A DNA stretch of 51,446 bases, taken from contig KV454012.1 of assembly GCA_001661245.1 (NCBI GenBank), positions 774,147 to 825,592 on the forward strand, written 5' to 3'. The notes under the pieces were generated by a model. The model saw nothing but the letters and a program-made list of their open reading frames with translations, had not been told where the DNA came from and searched no databases. The position numbers and the translations under genes are program-made. Shown here in pieces: positions 41,266 to 51,259 of the stretch. The DNA is from Pachysolen tannophilus NRRL Y-2460. Lineage: Eukaryota. How positions within the stretch are numbered: the first letter of the stretch is position 1; the number at the start of each line of letters is the position of its first letter.

Positions 41266-43605
41266 ATGAACAACGCCCAATATGGTGGGAACAATAGGGT
41301 AGATAATGGTGGTGAGAGTGAGGTAAAGGCTAAGGATGTTACGTTGAGTGATTATCGGAAAGAGTATGAGTCGACAGTTGGTTCTGGTGGTATTGCTAAT
41401 GGGAACAGAATGGAAAATATACCAAGCAGTTGGTGGTTTTGGAAAAGTACACAGGATGGCGAGTTGAATGGTAATGGAATAAAGAATCAGGAAGCTCAAG
41501 GTGGTACTTCAGCTAACCCTCAAGTGGATAAAATAGGATCAACTAATAATAATAATAGTAACAATAATAATAATAATGTTCAGGAAGAATTAAATACTGG
41601 AATGCAACTGCTGGTTTCGCAGCCTCTGGAATCCCTGCTGCAAGTCCTGGTGCCTTTGGTCTCTGAGTCTGTGCCTGCTCCTGTTTCTGTGCCTGTGCTG
41701 CTGGAACAACATTCACCACAGTTGCAGCAGATGCAAGACGAGAGTAATGGAAGAATGAACTGGGTGTCATGGATTAACCCAGTTCCAATTGTTTCTGCGG
41801 CTTTTTCGTATGTTTACGCAGATAATACAGGACCTACACAACAGTCAAGAACAATTTTACCTAATGAACTTTCTTCAGTTGTTAATAGTAATGAAATAAC
41901 AAGTGATGCAGGTTCATCTCATATCCAAGAACAAGACAACAGTAATAACAATGGTTATTTAACTTGGATAACGCCTTGGAGTTATTGGCAGAAGAATAAA
42001 GGTGAATCTGCTGCAGATACCACAGAAGAATTAGCAGAGAGATCAATGTATTCTTCTGTAGATTCTGCAGAAATTGCAAACGACGCAAAAAAGCTGTTAA
42101 CAAATAATATTAATGGGAATAATGGAAGTAGTTATTGGGGGTTTCACTCAAAACCAAACAAGACAAAGAAATTTTTTGGAGAACTTGCTGTTGTGGGAAC
42201 TGGAAGTGAAAATCATCCAGCTAGAATGGTTAATCCTCCCATAACTTTCTTAGAAAACCAAGAACGTCTTTTAAATGACGCGAGGAATAGAGATGAGGTA
42301 AAACCATTGATTGTTCCTAATATGAACGAAAATTATAGAAATATTACTTTTAAGACCAAGACAAGAATAATATTATCCAAGAACAAATTTTTGAATGAAA
42401 AGCTTCATTTTAAAAAAGAAACGCATTTATATCGTTTATCACCCAAAGAGCAACTATTGTCAAATAAAAAAATGAAAAAACTGGTAATTATAGGCTTACA
42501 TGGATTTTATCCTATAAAAATGGTGAAAACCCTTATAGGGCGACAAACTGGGACTGCGTCTACATTTGTTAATATGGCCACTGCTGCTTTATGGGATTGG
42601 TGTGCTTCAAATGATTGTGATATTGATCTTGATACCATTGCTTTAGAATTTGATGGTAAAATCTCTGAAGGTTGCGAAAATTTAATCAAGTTATTAAACA
42701 AAAATTGGATCGATGTTATTAAAAATTGTGATTTCCTATATATTGTATCCAATTCTCAAAGTTGTATTGTTGCAACTCATTTGTTGGAAAAATTAGTTGA
42801 ACAAAAAATTATATTGTCTGCAAATCAAAAAGTTTCCATGTTAAACATGGATGGAATTTTCCAAGGTCCTTTCAATAATTTAGATTCAAAATTGATTTTA
42901 AAGAATTATTCGCCATTGGAGAATGGAACTTTGAATGAAGTATTTAATTTCCAAAAAAATCTAAGTTTCGAAAGTTCAAAACTTATTAGTAGTTTAAACA
43001 GAATCTTACAAACAGATGCAAATGTGAAGATTTCATTTATTGGATCTATATCCGATTGTTTTGTTCCTTTATATTCATCATTGTTTTTAAATATTGACCA
43101 TCCAAATATTTTCAGATGTTGTTATGTGGATGCTAATAGCAATGAAGAAGATACTCCAAAATTTTTGATTGAATTAATCAATATACTTTTATTTTTGAAA
43201 AATGTCGGATACCCAGACAATCATTTAGTTTTTGAGTTATCAGAAAGTTTAGCTGGAACAGTCACTGGTAAATACCCTGATGATTTTTATGAAAACAAAG
43301 ATATTTATGTGTTAGGGATCAAGAATTGTTTAGAGACTACAGATTTAATTGATGAACATACATGTGAAAATATTGACATGAATTTTGACTCCAAGACTCT
43401 AAATAAGAACCCTTACTATCTACCATATTTTTTGAAGAGCTTTCTAAACCAATTGGATACTTTAGGAAATGATAAAAATATTAGAGGCAAAGAGTTGAAG
43501 CTGAAGCTCTTGCTGGTTTTTCTGGAATGGAACCCAAAAAGCAAAAAATTTAAAGACTTGAAGTATGCTATTGATGTCATTTATACCGAGGGAAGCTTTA
43601 TTTAG
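41266..43605 (+). CDS. Conserved fungal protein, YML020W-like (alpha/beta-hydrolase-like C-terminal domain)
   Basis: VIIGLHGFYP..LIG.QTGT, GSISD.FVPLYSS, HPNIFR..YVD, ELSESLAG, NPYYLP, EWNPKSK..KDLKY. Confidence 0.75.
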   Translation: MNNAQYGGNNRVDNGGESEVKAKDVTLSDYRKEYESTVGSGGIANGNRMENIPSSWWFWKSTQDGELNGNGIKNQEAQGGTSANPQVDKIGSTNNNNSNNNNNNVQEELNTGMQLLVSQPLESLLQVLVPLVSESVPAPVSVPVLLEQHSPQLQQMQDESNGRMNWVSWINPVPIVSAAFSYVYADNTGPTQQSRTILPNELSSVVNSNEITSDAGSSHIQEQDNSNNNGYLTWITPWSYWQKNKGESAADTTEELAERSMYSSVDSAEIANDAKKLLTNNINGNNGSSYWGFHSKPNKTKKFFGELAVVGTGSENHPARMVNPPITFLENQERLLNDARNRDEVKPLIVPNMNENYRNITFKTKTRIILSKNKFLNEKLHFKKETHLYRLSPKEQLLSNKKMKKLVIIGLHGFYPIKMVKTLIGRQTGTASTFVNMATAALWDWCASNDCDIDLDTIALEFDGKISEGCENLIKLLNKNWIDVIKNCDFLYIVSNSQSCIVATHLLEKLVEQKIILSANQKVSMLNMDGIFQGPFNNLDSKLILKNYSPLENGTLNEVFNFQKNLSFESSKLISSLNRILQTDANVKISFIGSISDCFVPLYSSLFLNIDHPNIFRCCYVDANSNEEDTPKFLIELINILLFLKNVGYPDNHLVFELSESLAGTVTGKYPDDFYENKDIYVLGIKNCLETTDLIDEHTCENIDMNFDSKTLNKNPYYLPYFLKSFLNQLDTLGNDKNIRGKELKLKLLLVFLEWNPKSKKFKDLKYAIDVIYTEGSFI

Positions 43606-43884
43606 AACTGATCCGATCTCACGTTTCGAGTTATTACAGATGTTGTTTGTGTGTATGCCTTAGTGCGAGCCTGCCTGTGTGTGAGCCTGCCTACGTGTGT
43701 ATATTGTGGTTTTGTAGTTTTCAGTATCTTCAATATAAATCTATAAATTTTTCCTGCATAATTAACTAACTATTAATTTTATATATATTTATATTTATAT
43801 ATATGATTTATTAATTAAATAATTTTCCCTTATTTTCAATTTTAATCAAAACGATCTCTTGGAATTTCCATAAGGTAAAAGGAA

Positions 43885-44664
43885 ATGGTTGCTAGCTGGC
43901 AACGTCAACTTTCAATTGCTTTAGAAGAAAGAGATTTAACTGAAAAACTGAATATTGATTATTATAAGGCTTGTATGTATAAATCATCAAAAAATGAGCA
44001 TTCAAAAAAAAAAATGAACCATACATTAACAGGTTTATTAAATCATTTAGTTGAACTATCTGCTATTAAAGTATATCGCTTAGAAAATGAGTTAGAAAAC
44101 ATTCAAAAGACAGATATTCAAAAGTAAGTTGTAGTTTTTAAATCATTTAAATATGTATTTTGTTCTTACTTACTAACATTTACCTTTTTATAGAGAATTG
44201 ACAAACGCTTTAAGAGAAATTAATACTTTAAAACTAGAAAATGAAAATTTGAAACGTAATCAGTCAAGAGAAGAATTAAAATTAAGAGAGGCAAGGAAAA
44301 ATGCTCTGGAATTAGAGAAACAGTAAGTAAATTTGCTTTTATTTGATTCTCAATTGATTAATTTCTTATTATTAACACAAAGTAAACTTTTTTTGTCATA
44401 TATAGTCTTGATACATTAAGGGATGCCTACCGGAAATTGGAAAAAAATTATAGGAATCTAAAAGAAGAGTCAGATACCAAGTTCAAGAACTTAGATGTCA
44501 TCAATGATGAAATATTATCTTTACAAATTGAGAATAATTTATTAAATAAAGAAAACTCCGATTTAAAGTTAGAAAATGATAAAATGGTTCAGAGATGGCT
44601 TAAAAAAGTGGAAAAAGACGCTAATTTTTTAAATCAGGTTGTTGAGAAAGCTGATAACAAATAA
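43885..44664 (+). CDS. ATG16: Autophagy protein Atg16, 182 aa; exons 43885-43972, 44051-44123, 44194-44322, 44406-44664
   Basis: Exons total 549 nt in one frame. N-terminal Atg5-binding helix (W..LEERD..EK) and C-terminal coil INDEILSLQIENNLL..ENDKMVQRWLKK. The track shows only two fragments. Confidence 0.88.
43973..44050 (+). other. ATG16 intron 1 (78 nt, in frame, stop-free)
   Basis: GTATGT donor, CATTAAC 44024-44030, TAG acceptor. Confidence 0.72.
44124..44193 (+). other. ATG16 intron 2 (70 nt)
   Basis: GTAAGT donor, TACTAAC 44171-44177, TAG acceptor. Confidence 0.9.
44323..44405 (+). other. ATG16 intron 3 (83 nt)
   Basis: GTAAGT donor, TATTAAC 44370-44376, TAG acceptor. Confidence 0.87.
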
Positions 44665-44823
44665 CCTGATGATAAGAGATCTTATCATAGGAACCAATAA
44701 CTCATCCGCCCTTACAAATCATCAATTGATAAACATCTCCATATGAAGCCTTTGTTTTAGCCCTTTGTTGATAAATAATATGGTAGTGTCGCCAAATGCT
44801 AAATTTTCCCTTTTTGGAAGCAA

Positions 44824-44879
44824 CTCATCGTGAAGAACCAAAAAAAAAATTTAAATTTAAATTTAAATTTAAATTTTCA
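44824..44879 (-). promoter_or_regulatory. PAC and RRPE elements upstream of TRM3
   Basis: CTCATCG 44824-44830 (rc CGATGAG) and AAATTTTCA 44871-44879 (rc TGAAAATTT), with an (AAATTT)n run between them. Confidence 0.55.
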
Positions 44880-44941
44880 CTATTTCAATGTTCATTTGTT
44901 TGGATTGTGATCATTATAATTATGATATAGAAGCCTAGGTT

Positions 44942-47900
44942 ATGTCTGCTCTGATAGTTAGTTATTTTAGTCAGCAACAGTTGAAGGATCTGTTAGTGGA
45001 TTTGTCTTTGAAATTAGAGCAGGATCCGAATTCATCATCAACTCTATGTGAATTATTTGGCGTTGTAGATGATAAGTTGAAGCAAGATGTATTGCCTAAT
45101 GTTTATGAATATTGTATCAATGTATTGCAGGGATGTAGCTTTGAAAGATATGGATCAGTTTTGCAGTTAATTACGAAATTTAACAACGAAACATTGACTT
45201 CAAAACTAGTTAGTTATATCACTCTTGAATTGACAAGATTTATAGAATCTAGTTCAATTAATTTTGATTTAAACTTTAAAGAGAAATTGTTGTACAAGTA
45301 CAACAATTTTTCAGTAAACCTTGAAAATGATGATCTAAATATTGAATTAGAAGAAATTGTTTCTTTGTTGAAATTTTTGGAGAGTCTGTACATGGTCAAT
45401 GATATTTTAAAATCAACAACCTTGGATTATTTATGTTGTTTCTATTTGGGTATCAACGAAGAAAAAATCTCTTCGGTGGCTTCAAAGATATTGAAATGGA
45501 GAACACAGTCATTATCTCAAAATAAGGAAATGGAACCATTCATTTGGGATTTGATCTTGGAATTAATGGAATCAACAAATGAGAAATTGAACAATGGCTA
45601 TATATTGTGGTTAAGATATTTAGCCAACTCAGATCCTGATTTGTTACATAATAATGATTTTTTCCAAAATAAAATAATTGATAATACTAAGTACTGGGGT
45701 TTTTTACAGAAAGGTTTAGTTAGTGATTTACATGAACATCGCAAGTTTTCAGTTTCCATTCTTCAACTTTTGATAAAATCAATAAATATTGATTTGGATA
45801 ATAAATTCATGAAATGGGATGTATCGCAAAAGAATGCATATTTGAATTATTGGCAAAGATTTATTACTCTTTATGAAATTATTGGGATCGACACTTCTTT
45901 GCATCAGGCACAGGCAGCTTCAAATGATATGATCAATTTATTATCTAAAGATTCTAAAATTAAAGTTCCGTTTTCCTTGGCGTTGTTTTCAATTGGTTTT
46001 AAAGGATCAATGGAAACTGTACGTAAGTTTACATTGAATTTAATTTTATCCATACCACCTGATAATTTGAATTGTTTTGGTGATGATCATTTTCACTTTT
46101 TCAAAAATCATTTCTTACAAATTGCTGTTCTGGCTTCTAATTTTTTTGTTTATGAAAATTTTGATAAGGAATCCAAATGTATGTATAAATGTGAATATGG
46201 TGAAACATTTTTATCGTTTATTGTAAATTGTTTCAAAAATTTAAATAAAGAAGGTGTGTCTATGTTATCATTATCAATTCTAGAATTTTTAACAGAGCAC
46301 ACTGAGGCATATGATACATCAAAAATTTACTTAACTTTAGGTTTATTAAAAGGTTTACAGGCTAAAAATTTTCAAGTCCTCGATACAAAGCACATTAAAT
46401 TGTTATCGAAATTGTTTGAATCAACGTGTACTGATGGCGATGTATTTGATACCACGTTACAAACCAGTCATTTAAGATTATTGTTGTTCACAGTTCCAAA
46501 TTTGGGTCTAGTTATAAAATCATTAGCTCAATTTATGCAGTTCAATGATAACAAAGGCTTTAACGCAGATGGGAAAGTTATTTTGAATGAAAATTTTGAA
46601 TTATTTTTGGATTATTTCATTGTAAATTTTGATAATGACTTAATTATACAGTTTTGTAAAAATAACAGTACAAAGTTGAATATGCAAAGCTATTTAGTTG
46701 CTTTATTAATCTTATCTAATACAAATTTGAAATTGATTTCATCGGTAGTTGGAGATATCTTATCGTACAAAGATTCTGATTGTTTATTGTTGGAAATAAC
46801 TTCATCTGGATTACCATTTGATAACTTGCTTAATGAGCCATTAATTTCGAGTAGATTGATTTCCGTTTTTGAAAAACTGTTAGTTGAGAGTGAATGTAAG
46901 AAAAATAATTCACTTTACAATCAAAGTTTTGTCAATTTAGTTAATAGTAAGATAATATTTAAAGATCAGAGATATTTTGAAGAAATCAACTTGAATAGCT
47001 TATGGCAAGATATTGTCAATAGCATACAAAGTGATGACGAGGAAATTTTGAAACTAACTATTTCTAAATTTCAATTTTTGAATGAGATTTTACCCAAATT
47101 AATTTACAATGAGAGCGCTGAGAAAATTATTAGTCTTGAAAATTTGTCGTGGTTACAAGAAATTGCATTTAATAATCAGTCAATTAATTTCAGCAAAAAT
47201 TTTTACAAATCAAAAGATGTCTTTGTAAAGAATTTCTACGGGATTTTACAAACCTATCTAAAGATTATAAATTTAAATGATGACAAAAATAAATCTAATA
47301 TTTTGCAATTGATCAACAAGGATGCACCAAAACTAGATCATCTAGGTATGGTATCGGTTATCAACGTATTGATGGATTTGATAAACGATATTGATGATTT
47401 TGATGATCTGAGTTGCTTGGTGGTATTGGATATTTTAACGGAAATTTGGGATTCTTTAACAACTGAGAGATTAATTTTAAAGCAAAAAGCACTACATTTG
47501 AGCTTTATTAAAATTGTTTTTTCTGATTTTTTTCTAAAAAGATCTATCGAGAACAGTGTTATCTCAGAAAGATTGACTAGAATTGGAAATCAGATTATTG
47601 AAAGATCTTATGCGAAGAAATCTTTTCTACCAACGTTGTTCAACTGTATTTCCTTATTTCAAATGAAAACCCCTAAAGTTTTTGAAAAAGCCTTTTGGTT
47701 AATTGAAATCTTGATAAATGCATTCACATTTTTTCAAACTGGTGATGCTTCATTCAAGTTAGAATATGTTGTTGGTGAACTGTATGATAAGAATTTTAAT
47801 TTAAACCCAAGAGATTTTTTTTATAATAAAGTTAATGGAGATTGTGAAGTTTCTTACAGAGTACGGATAGTTTTAATTTTGTCAAAAATTGGTAATGAAA

Positions 47901-49327
47901 TATTTATGCGTCAAATATGGAATCATATTTTACAAAATGAAGACAATTTCCATCTTTTCAAACCTATAAAGAGAGCAGATGGTTTTGAAGAATGGAAAAG
48001 GGTACAATTATTAAGTGTATTATTACTTACTTTTAAGTTTTTGGAAACGGATGATTTATTCCAATTAACAAATGATGAAATAATTCCACTGATTTTCAGG
48101 GAAGCAAGTCCATTATGTCGTACTTATCTAGAATGGATGATATCGTATACCTTAGTTAAGGTTCATCGGGATTCAGAAAAGATGAAACAGATTTTATCAA
48201 TTTTTGAAAAAGATATAAAGAATCTTCAACCGTCTATGATAACTTCTTTTGAAAGAATTGGATGTTTAATGTCAAAAAGTTTAACAGATTCTGAAACAAA
48301 AACAAATTTTTTATCCGATTTCTTAATTAAGTTTATTATACCTTTAGCAACTTCCAACAAATCTCAGGTAAGGCATTTTTCAGTCAGTACAATAATTTCT
48401 ATATATCCAGTAATAAAAGCTGAAAATTTACAAATTGATAGTCATTTGTTGAACACGTTATCCAATATTTATAATTCTGCATTAGAAACCGATAATTATG
48501 TCACCTATAGGAGTGGAGATGCGTTGATTTGGAATATAATATCTGATTTCACCTTAGTTGGTATATTTGGAGGGGTTTTATTAAGACTTTCTGATAGAGA
48601 AGTCGATTTTATTGATGAATCTTTATTTTACAAATATTCAACCGATTTAGAAAAAAAATTATTAAAAGTTGCTATAGGTGAAAATGATAAAGATTTATTT
48701 TTAAGTCCAGGATCTAGAATAGTAAAGCCTGGTTCGTCATTGTTATTGGATGGTGCCAAAGCCGCTAATATTCATTCAGATATTTTATTACAAACAAAAT
48801 CTGGTTCATGGTCCACAGTGATGGATCTTGATGCAGAAGACCAACAACAGAGCTCCATCAAAAGGACCAATTTAATAGTTATCGCATCATTGGTTGATAA
48901 AATACCAAACCTTGGAAGTATTTGCAGAGTTTGTGACTGTTTAGGTGTTGGGCGTCTTACAATGAATGATTTAAAAATCGTCAGGCATCCTCAATTTAGA
49001 AATGTTGCTGTTACTTCTGATAAGTGGATGCCAATAGAAGAAGTACAGATCGAAAACATAGTCAAATTCATGAGAGAACAAAAACTGAACGGTTATACGT
49101 TGATTGGTTTAGAACAAACAGACAAGTCTGTTGTTTTAAATTCAGAATTGAAATTCCCTGATAAAAGTTTAATCTTATTAGGCAGAGAGAGAGAAGGTAT
49201 TCCAGGAAACTTACTCGCAGAATTGGATTTCTGTGTCGAAATTAAACAAGGAGGAGTTGTCAGATCGATGAATATTCAAACTGCAGCTGCCATTATCATT
49301 CATGCATACTCATCTCAGCATTGTTGA
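44942..49327 (+). CDS. TRM3: tRNA (Gm18) 2'-O-methyltransferase
   Basis: Long helical N-terminus; C-terminal SpoU domain LIVIASLVDKIPNLG, GYTLIGLEQT, LLGREREGIP, VEIKQGGVVRSMNIQTA, ending QHC. Confidence 0.95.
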   Translation: MSALIVSYFSQQQLKDLLVDLSLKLEQDPNSSSTLCELFGVVDDKLKQDVLPNVYEYCINVLQGCSFERYGSVLQLITKFNNETLTSKLVSYITLELTRFIESSSINFDLNFKEKLLYKYNNFSVNLENDDLNIELEEIVSLLKFLESLYMVNDILKSTTLDYLCCFYLGINEEKISSVASKILKWRTQSLSQNKEMEPFIWDLILELMESTNEKLNNGYILWLRYLANSDPDLLHNNDFFQNKIIDNTKYWGFLQKGLVSDLHEHRKFSVSILQLLIKSINIDLDNKFMKWDVSQKNAYLNYWQRFITLYEIIGIDTSLHQAQAASNDMINLLSKDSKIKVPFSLALFSIGFKGSMETVRKFTLNLILSIPPDNLNCFGDDHFHFFKNHFLQIAVLASNFFVYENFDKESKCMYKCEYGETFLSFIVNCFKNLNKEGVSMLSLSILEFLTEHTEAYDTSKIYLTLGLLKGLQAKNFQVLDTKHIKLLSKLFESTCTDGDVFDTTLQTSHLRLLLFTVPNLGLVIKSLAQFMQFNDNKGFNADGKVILNENFELFLDYFIVNFDNDLIIQFCKNNSTKLNMQSYLVALLILSNTNLKLISSVVGDILSYKDSDCLLLEITSSGLPFDNLLNEPLISSRLISVFEKLLVESECKKNNSLYNQSFVNLVNSKIIFKDQRYFEEINLNSLWQDIVNSIQSDDEEILKLTISKFQFLNEILPKLIYNESAEKIISLENLSWLQEIAFNNQSINFSKNFYKSKDVFVKNFYGILQTYLKIINLNDDKNKSNILQLINKDAPKLDHLGMVSVINVLMDLINDIDDFDDLSCLVVLDILTEIWDSLTTERLILKQKALHLSFIKIVFSDFFLKRSIENSVISERLTRIGNQIIERSYAKKSFLPTLFNCISLFQMKTPKVFEKAFWLIEILINAFTFFQTGDASFKLEYVVGELYDKNFNLNPRDFFYNKVNGDCEVSYRVRIVLILSKIGNEIFMRQIWNHILQNEDNFHLFKPIKRADGFEEWKRVQLLSVLLLTFKFLETDDLFQLTNDEIIPLIFREASPLCRTYLEWMISYTLVKVHRDSEKMKQILSIFEKDIKNLQPSMITSFERIGCLMSKSLTDSETKTNFLSDFLIKFIIPLATSNKSQVRHFSVSTIISIYPVIKAENLQIDSHLLNTLSNIYNSALETDNYVTYRSGDALIWNIISDFTLVGIFGGVLLRLSDREVDFIDESLFYKYSTDLEKKLLKVAIGENDKDLFLSPGSRIVKPGSSLLLDGAKAANIHSDILLQTKSGSWSTVMDLDAEDQQQSSIKRTNLIVIASLVDKIPNLGSICRVCDCLGVGRLTMNDLKIVRHPQFRNVAVTSDKWMPIEEVQIENIVKFMREQKLNGYTLIGLEQTDKSVVLNSELKFPDKSLILLGREREGIPGNLLAELDFCVEIKQGGVVRSMNIQTAAAIIIHAYSSQHC

Positions 49328-49442
49328 AATTATCATCCCCCCCTCGTCGTTGTTGTCCGATGTCGTTGTTGTCATCCGTTGTCGTTGTCGTTATCTAACA
49401 GAAAATATTCGGTAGTGCGTCATTGAACCAAATTAGAGAACT

Positions 49443-49453
49443 AAAAATTTTCA
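49443..49453 (-). promoter_or_regulatory. RRPE element upstream of RRP42
   Basis: AAAAATTTTCA (rc TGAAAATTTTT) about 95 bp before the ATG. Confidence 0.5.
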
Positions 49454-49545
49454 TATAGTATGAAGGGCTGTTTTGTATATTTCATATATATAATAATAAA
49501 ACCAATAATTAAGTGAATAGAAATCACTGTAGAGGATCAGAATAA

Positions 49546-50397
49546 ATGATATTATCACCAGCGGAGAGGTCTTATTTATATGACTCGCTTTCTGTGCAGC
49601 CGCCAGTAAGGCCTGATGCGAGATCACTGCATCAATTTCGACCAATAGAAGCTTCTTGTTCATTTTTACCAAATTCAAATGGGTCATCGAGGGTAAGACT
49701 TTCAGATGGTGGAGAAGCTATAGTGAGTGTTAAGACTCAAGTAGTTTTAACTAAAAATGAAAGTTCTTTGATTTCGATAGATGTTGATATAAATAAAGAA
49801 AGAGATGATTCAAATTTCATTAAGAATTTGATTTCTAGTTTAGAGAGTATACTTTTGAAAAAATTTCCAATAGAAAAATTGAAACTAACAGAAAGATATT
49901 CTTTTAAAGTATACATTGATTGTTTTATATTATCTCATAATTCTTATCCCTTAGGGTTATTGTCATTATGCATATATTTGGCGTTGAAGTCCACAAGATT
50001 ACCGTTGTTGACTTCGACTGTTAACGATAGAGAAATTGAAGAGCAACCTACTTTTAATGATGATTGGGAAGCTAGTAAAAAATTATTTGAACCAAGTGAA
50101 CATCAAGATGATCCCCCATTATTATTTGTTGTTGGAATAATTGGAAATAATGTGTTTATAGATCCATCAAATGAGGAAGAAGAAGTTAGTGAGAATGGAC
50201 TAATTGTAGGGTTTGCCAATGGTGAGATTGTACCACCTGTCCAAAGTACCAATTTATCAAATAGAGATAGTAAAGGAATATCACCAAAACATATTTTAAA
50301 AGCATACAGCATGGTGAGGAATTGTGGTAAAGAGGTGGTAAAGGCATTAAACACAGTAGTTTCTAGTGATGACGATGTATTTACTAGTATTTATTAA
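49546..50397 (+). CDS. RRP42: Exosome RNase PH-like subunit Rrp42
   Basis: LSPAERSYLYDSL..RPDAR..QFRPI..FLPNSNGSSR; STRLP..EIEEQPTFNDDW; DPSNEEEEVS. Confidence 0.95.
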   Translation: MILSPAERSYLYDSLSVQPPVRPDARSLHQFRPIEASCSFLPNSNGSSRVRLSDGGEAIVSVKTQVVLTKNESSLISIDVDINKERDDSNFIKNLISSLESILLKKFPIEKLKLTERYSFKVYIDCFILSHNSYPLGLLSLCIYLALKSTRLPLLTSTVNDREIEEQPTFNDDWEASKKLFEPSEHQDDPPLLFVVGIIGNNVFIDPSNEEEEVSENGLIVGFANGEIVPPVQSTNLSNRDSKGISPKHILKAYSMVRNCGKEVVKALNTVVSSDDDVFTSIY

Positions 50398-50493
50398 TAA
50401 ATATGTAAGTTTTAAAAAACATTTTTTTCTTACTTTCTTTTTTTTTTTGATTAATAAAATAAAAGAAAACAAAACATAAAAATATAATATAAT

Positions 50494-51123
50494 CTAAAGG
50501 TAAATGCTATTATCTTTGGCGCTGGTTTCATCATTATCTTGACTTGCAACTTGTGATTTGCCACCTTCCAATACATCATTCTTATTATTATTATTATTAT
50601 TATCATAACCGCGAGCATCAGCGCTTGCGCTAGGTGCTGGTTGTTTCTTTCCTGTAATTGCTATGCCTCTATTGCTCAATTCACTTCTCAATAATTCTAA
50701 TCTTTCAAACTGGTTTCTCAAGACAATTTTATTTTCATTTAAGGAATCATTATAAATTTTAAAATCTTTAGCAAAATCACTATTAAATTCATCAAAGCCT
50801 TCTTCAGTAAATTCTTTTGACAATCTTTCTCTTACTCGGTCAATTGTATTGGCGCTACTAGCGCTACCATTACTACCATTACTAACACCGCTACCTCTGC
50901 TACCGCCGTTATCACTACTACCGATAACATCAGAAATATCATGATTTTCATTATTCTTAATAACTAAATCCCTAAGCAAATTTTCCATCAATTTATTTGA
51001 ACTTTGCAATTTAGAAGTCGAATTTAATATCTGCTTTTCAATATTTAAAAGCTCCTGATCCGTAACCTCACGGATCGCTAACTTGAACTCATTCAATTGA
51101 ATTGGTCTCCTTAACGATGACAT
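50494..51123 (-). CDS. TMA17: Tma17/Adc17 proteasome assembly chaperone
   Basis: RRPIQLNEFK.AI..D.EL, L..SN, Y.DSL.EN.IVLRN..ER, C-terminal NSIYL. Confidence 0.85.
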   Translation of the reverse strand: MSSLRRPIQLNEFKLAIREVTDQELLNIEKQILNSTSKLQSSNKLMENLLRDLVIKNNENHDISDVIGSSDNGGSRGSGVSNGSNGSASSANTIDRVRERLSKEFTEEGFDEFNSDFAKDFKIYNDSLNENKIVLRNQFERLELLRSELSNRGIAITGKKQPAPSASADARGYDNNNNNNKNDVLEGGKSQVASQDNDETSAKDNSIYL

Positions 51124-51259
51124 CTTGGTTTATAATCAGTTATTTTCACTTTCATTTACTCTTGTTCTTTATTTATTACCTACTAATACCGGCGCAAAAG
51201 TACATCAACTATTTTGATATATAACACACTATCCATTTTTCAACTATAACGAAAACATC

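Noticed and set aside
43665..43695. GAGCCTGCCT direct repeat in a TG-rich 3' region
   Set aside because: Two short copies only; likely slippage.
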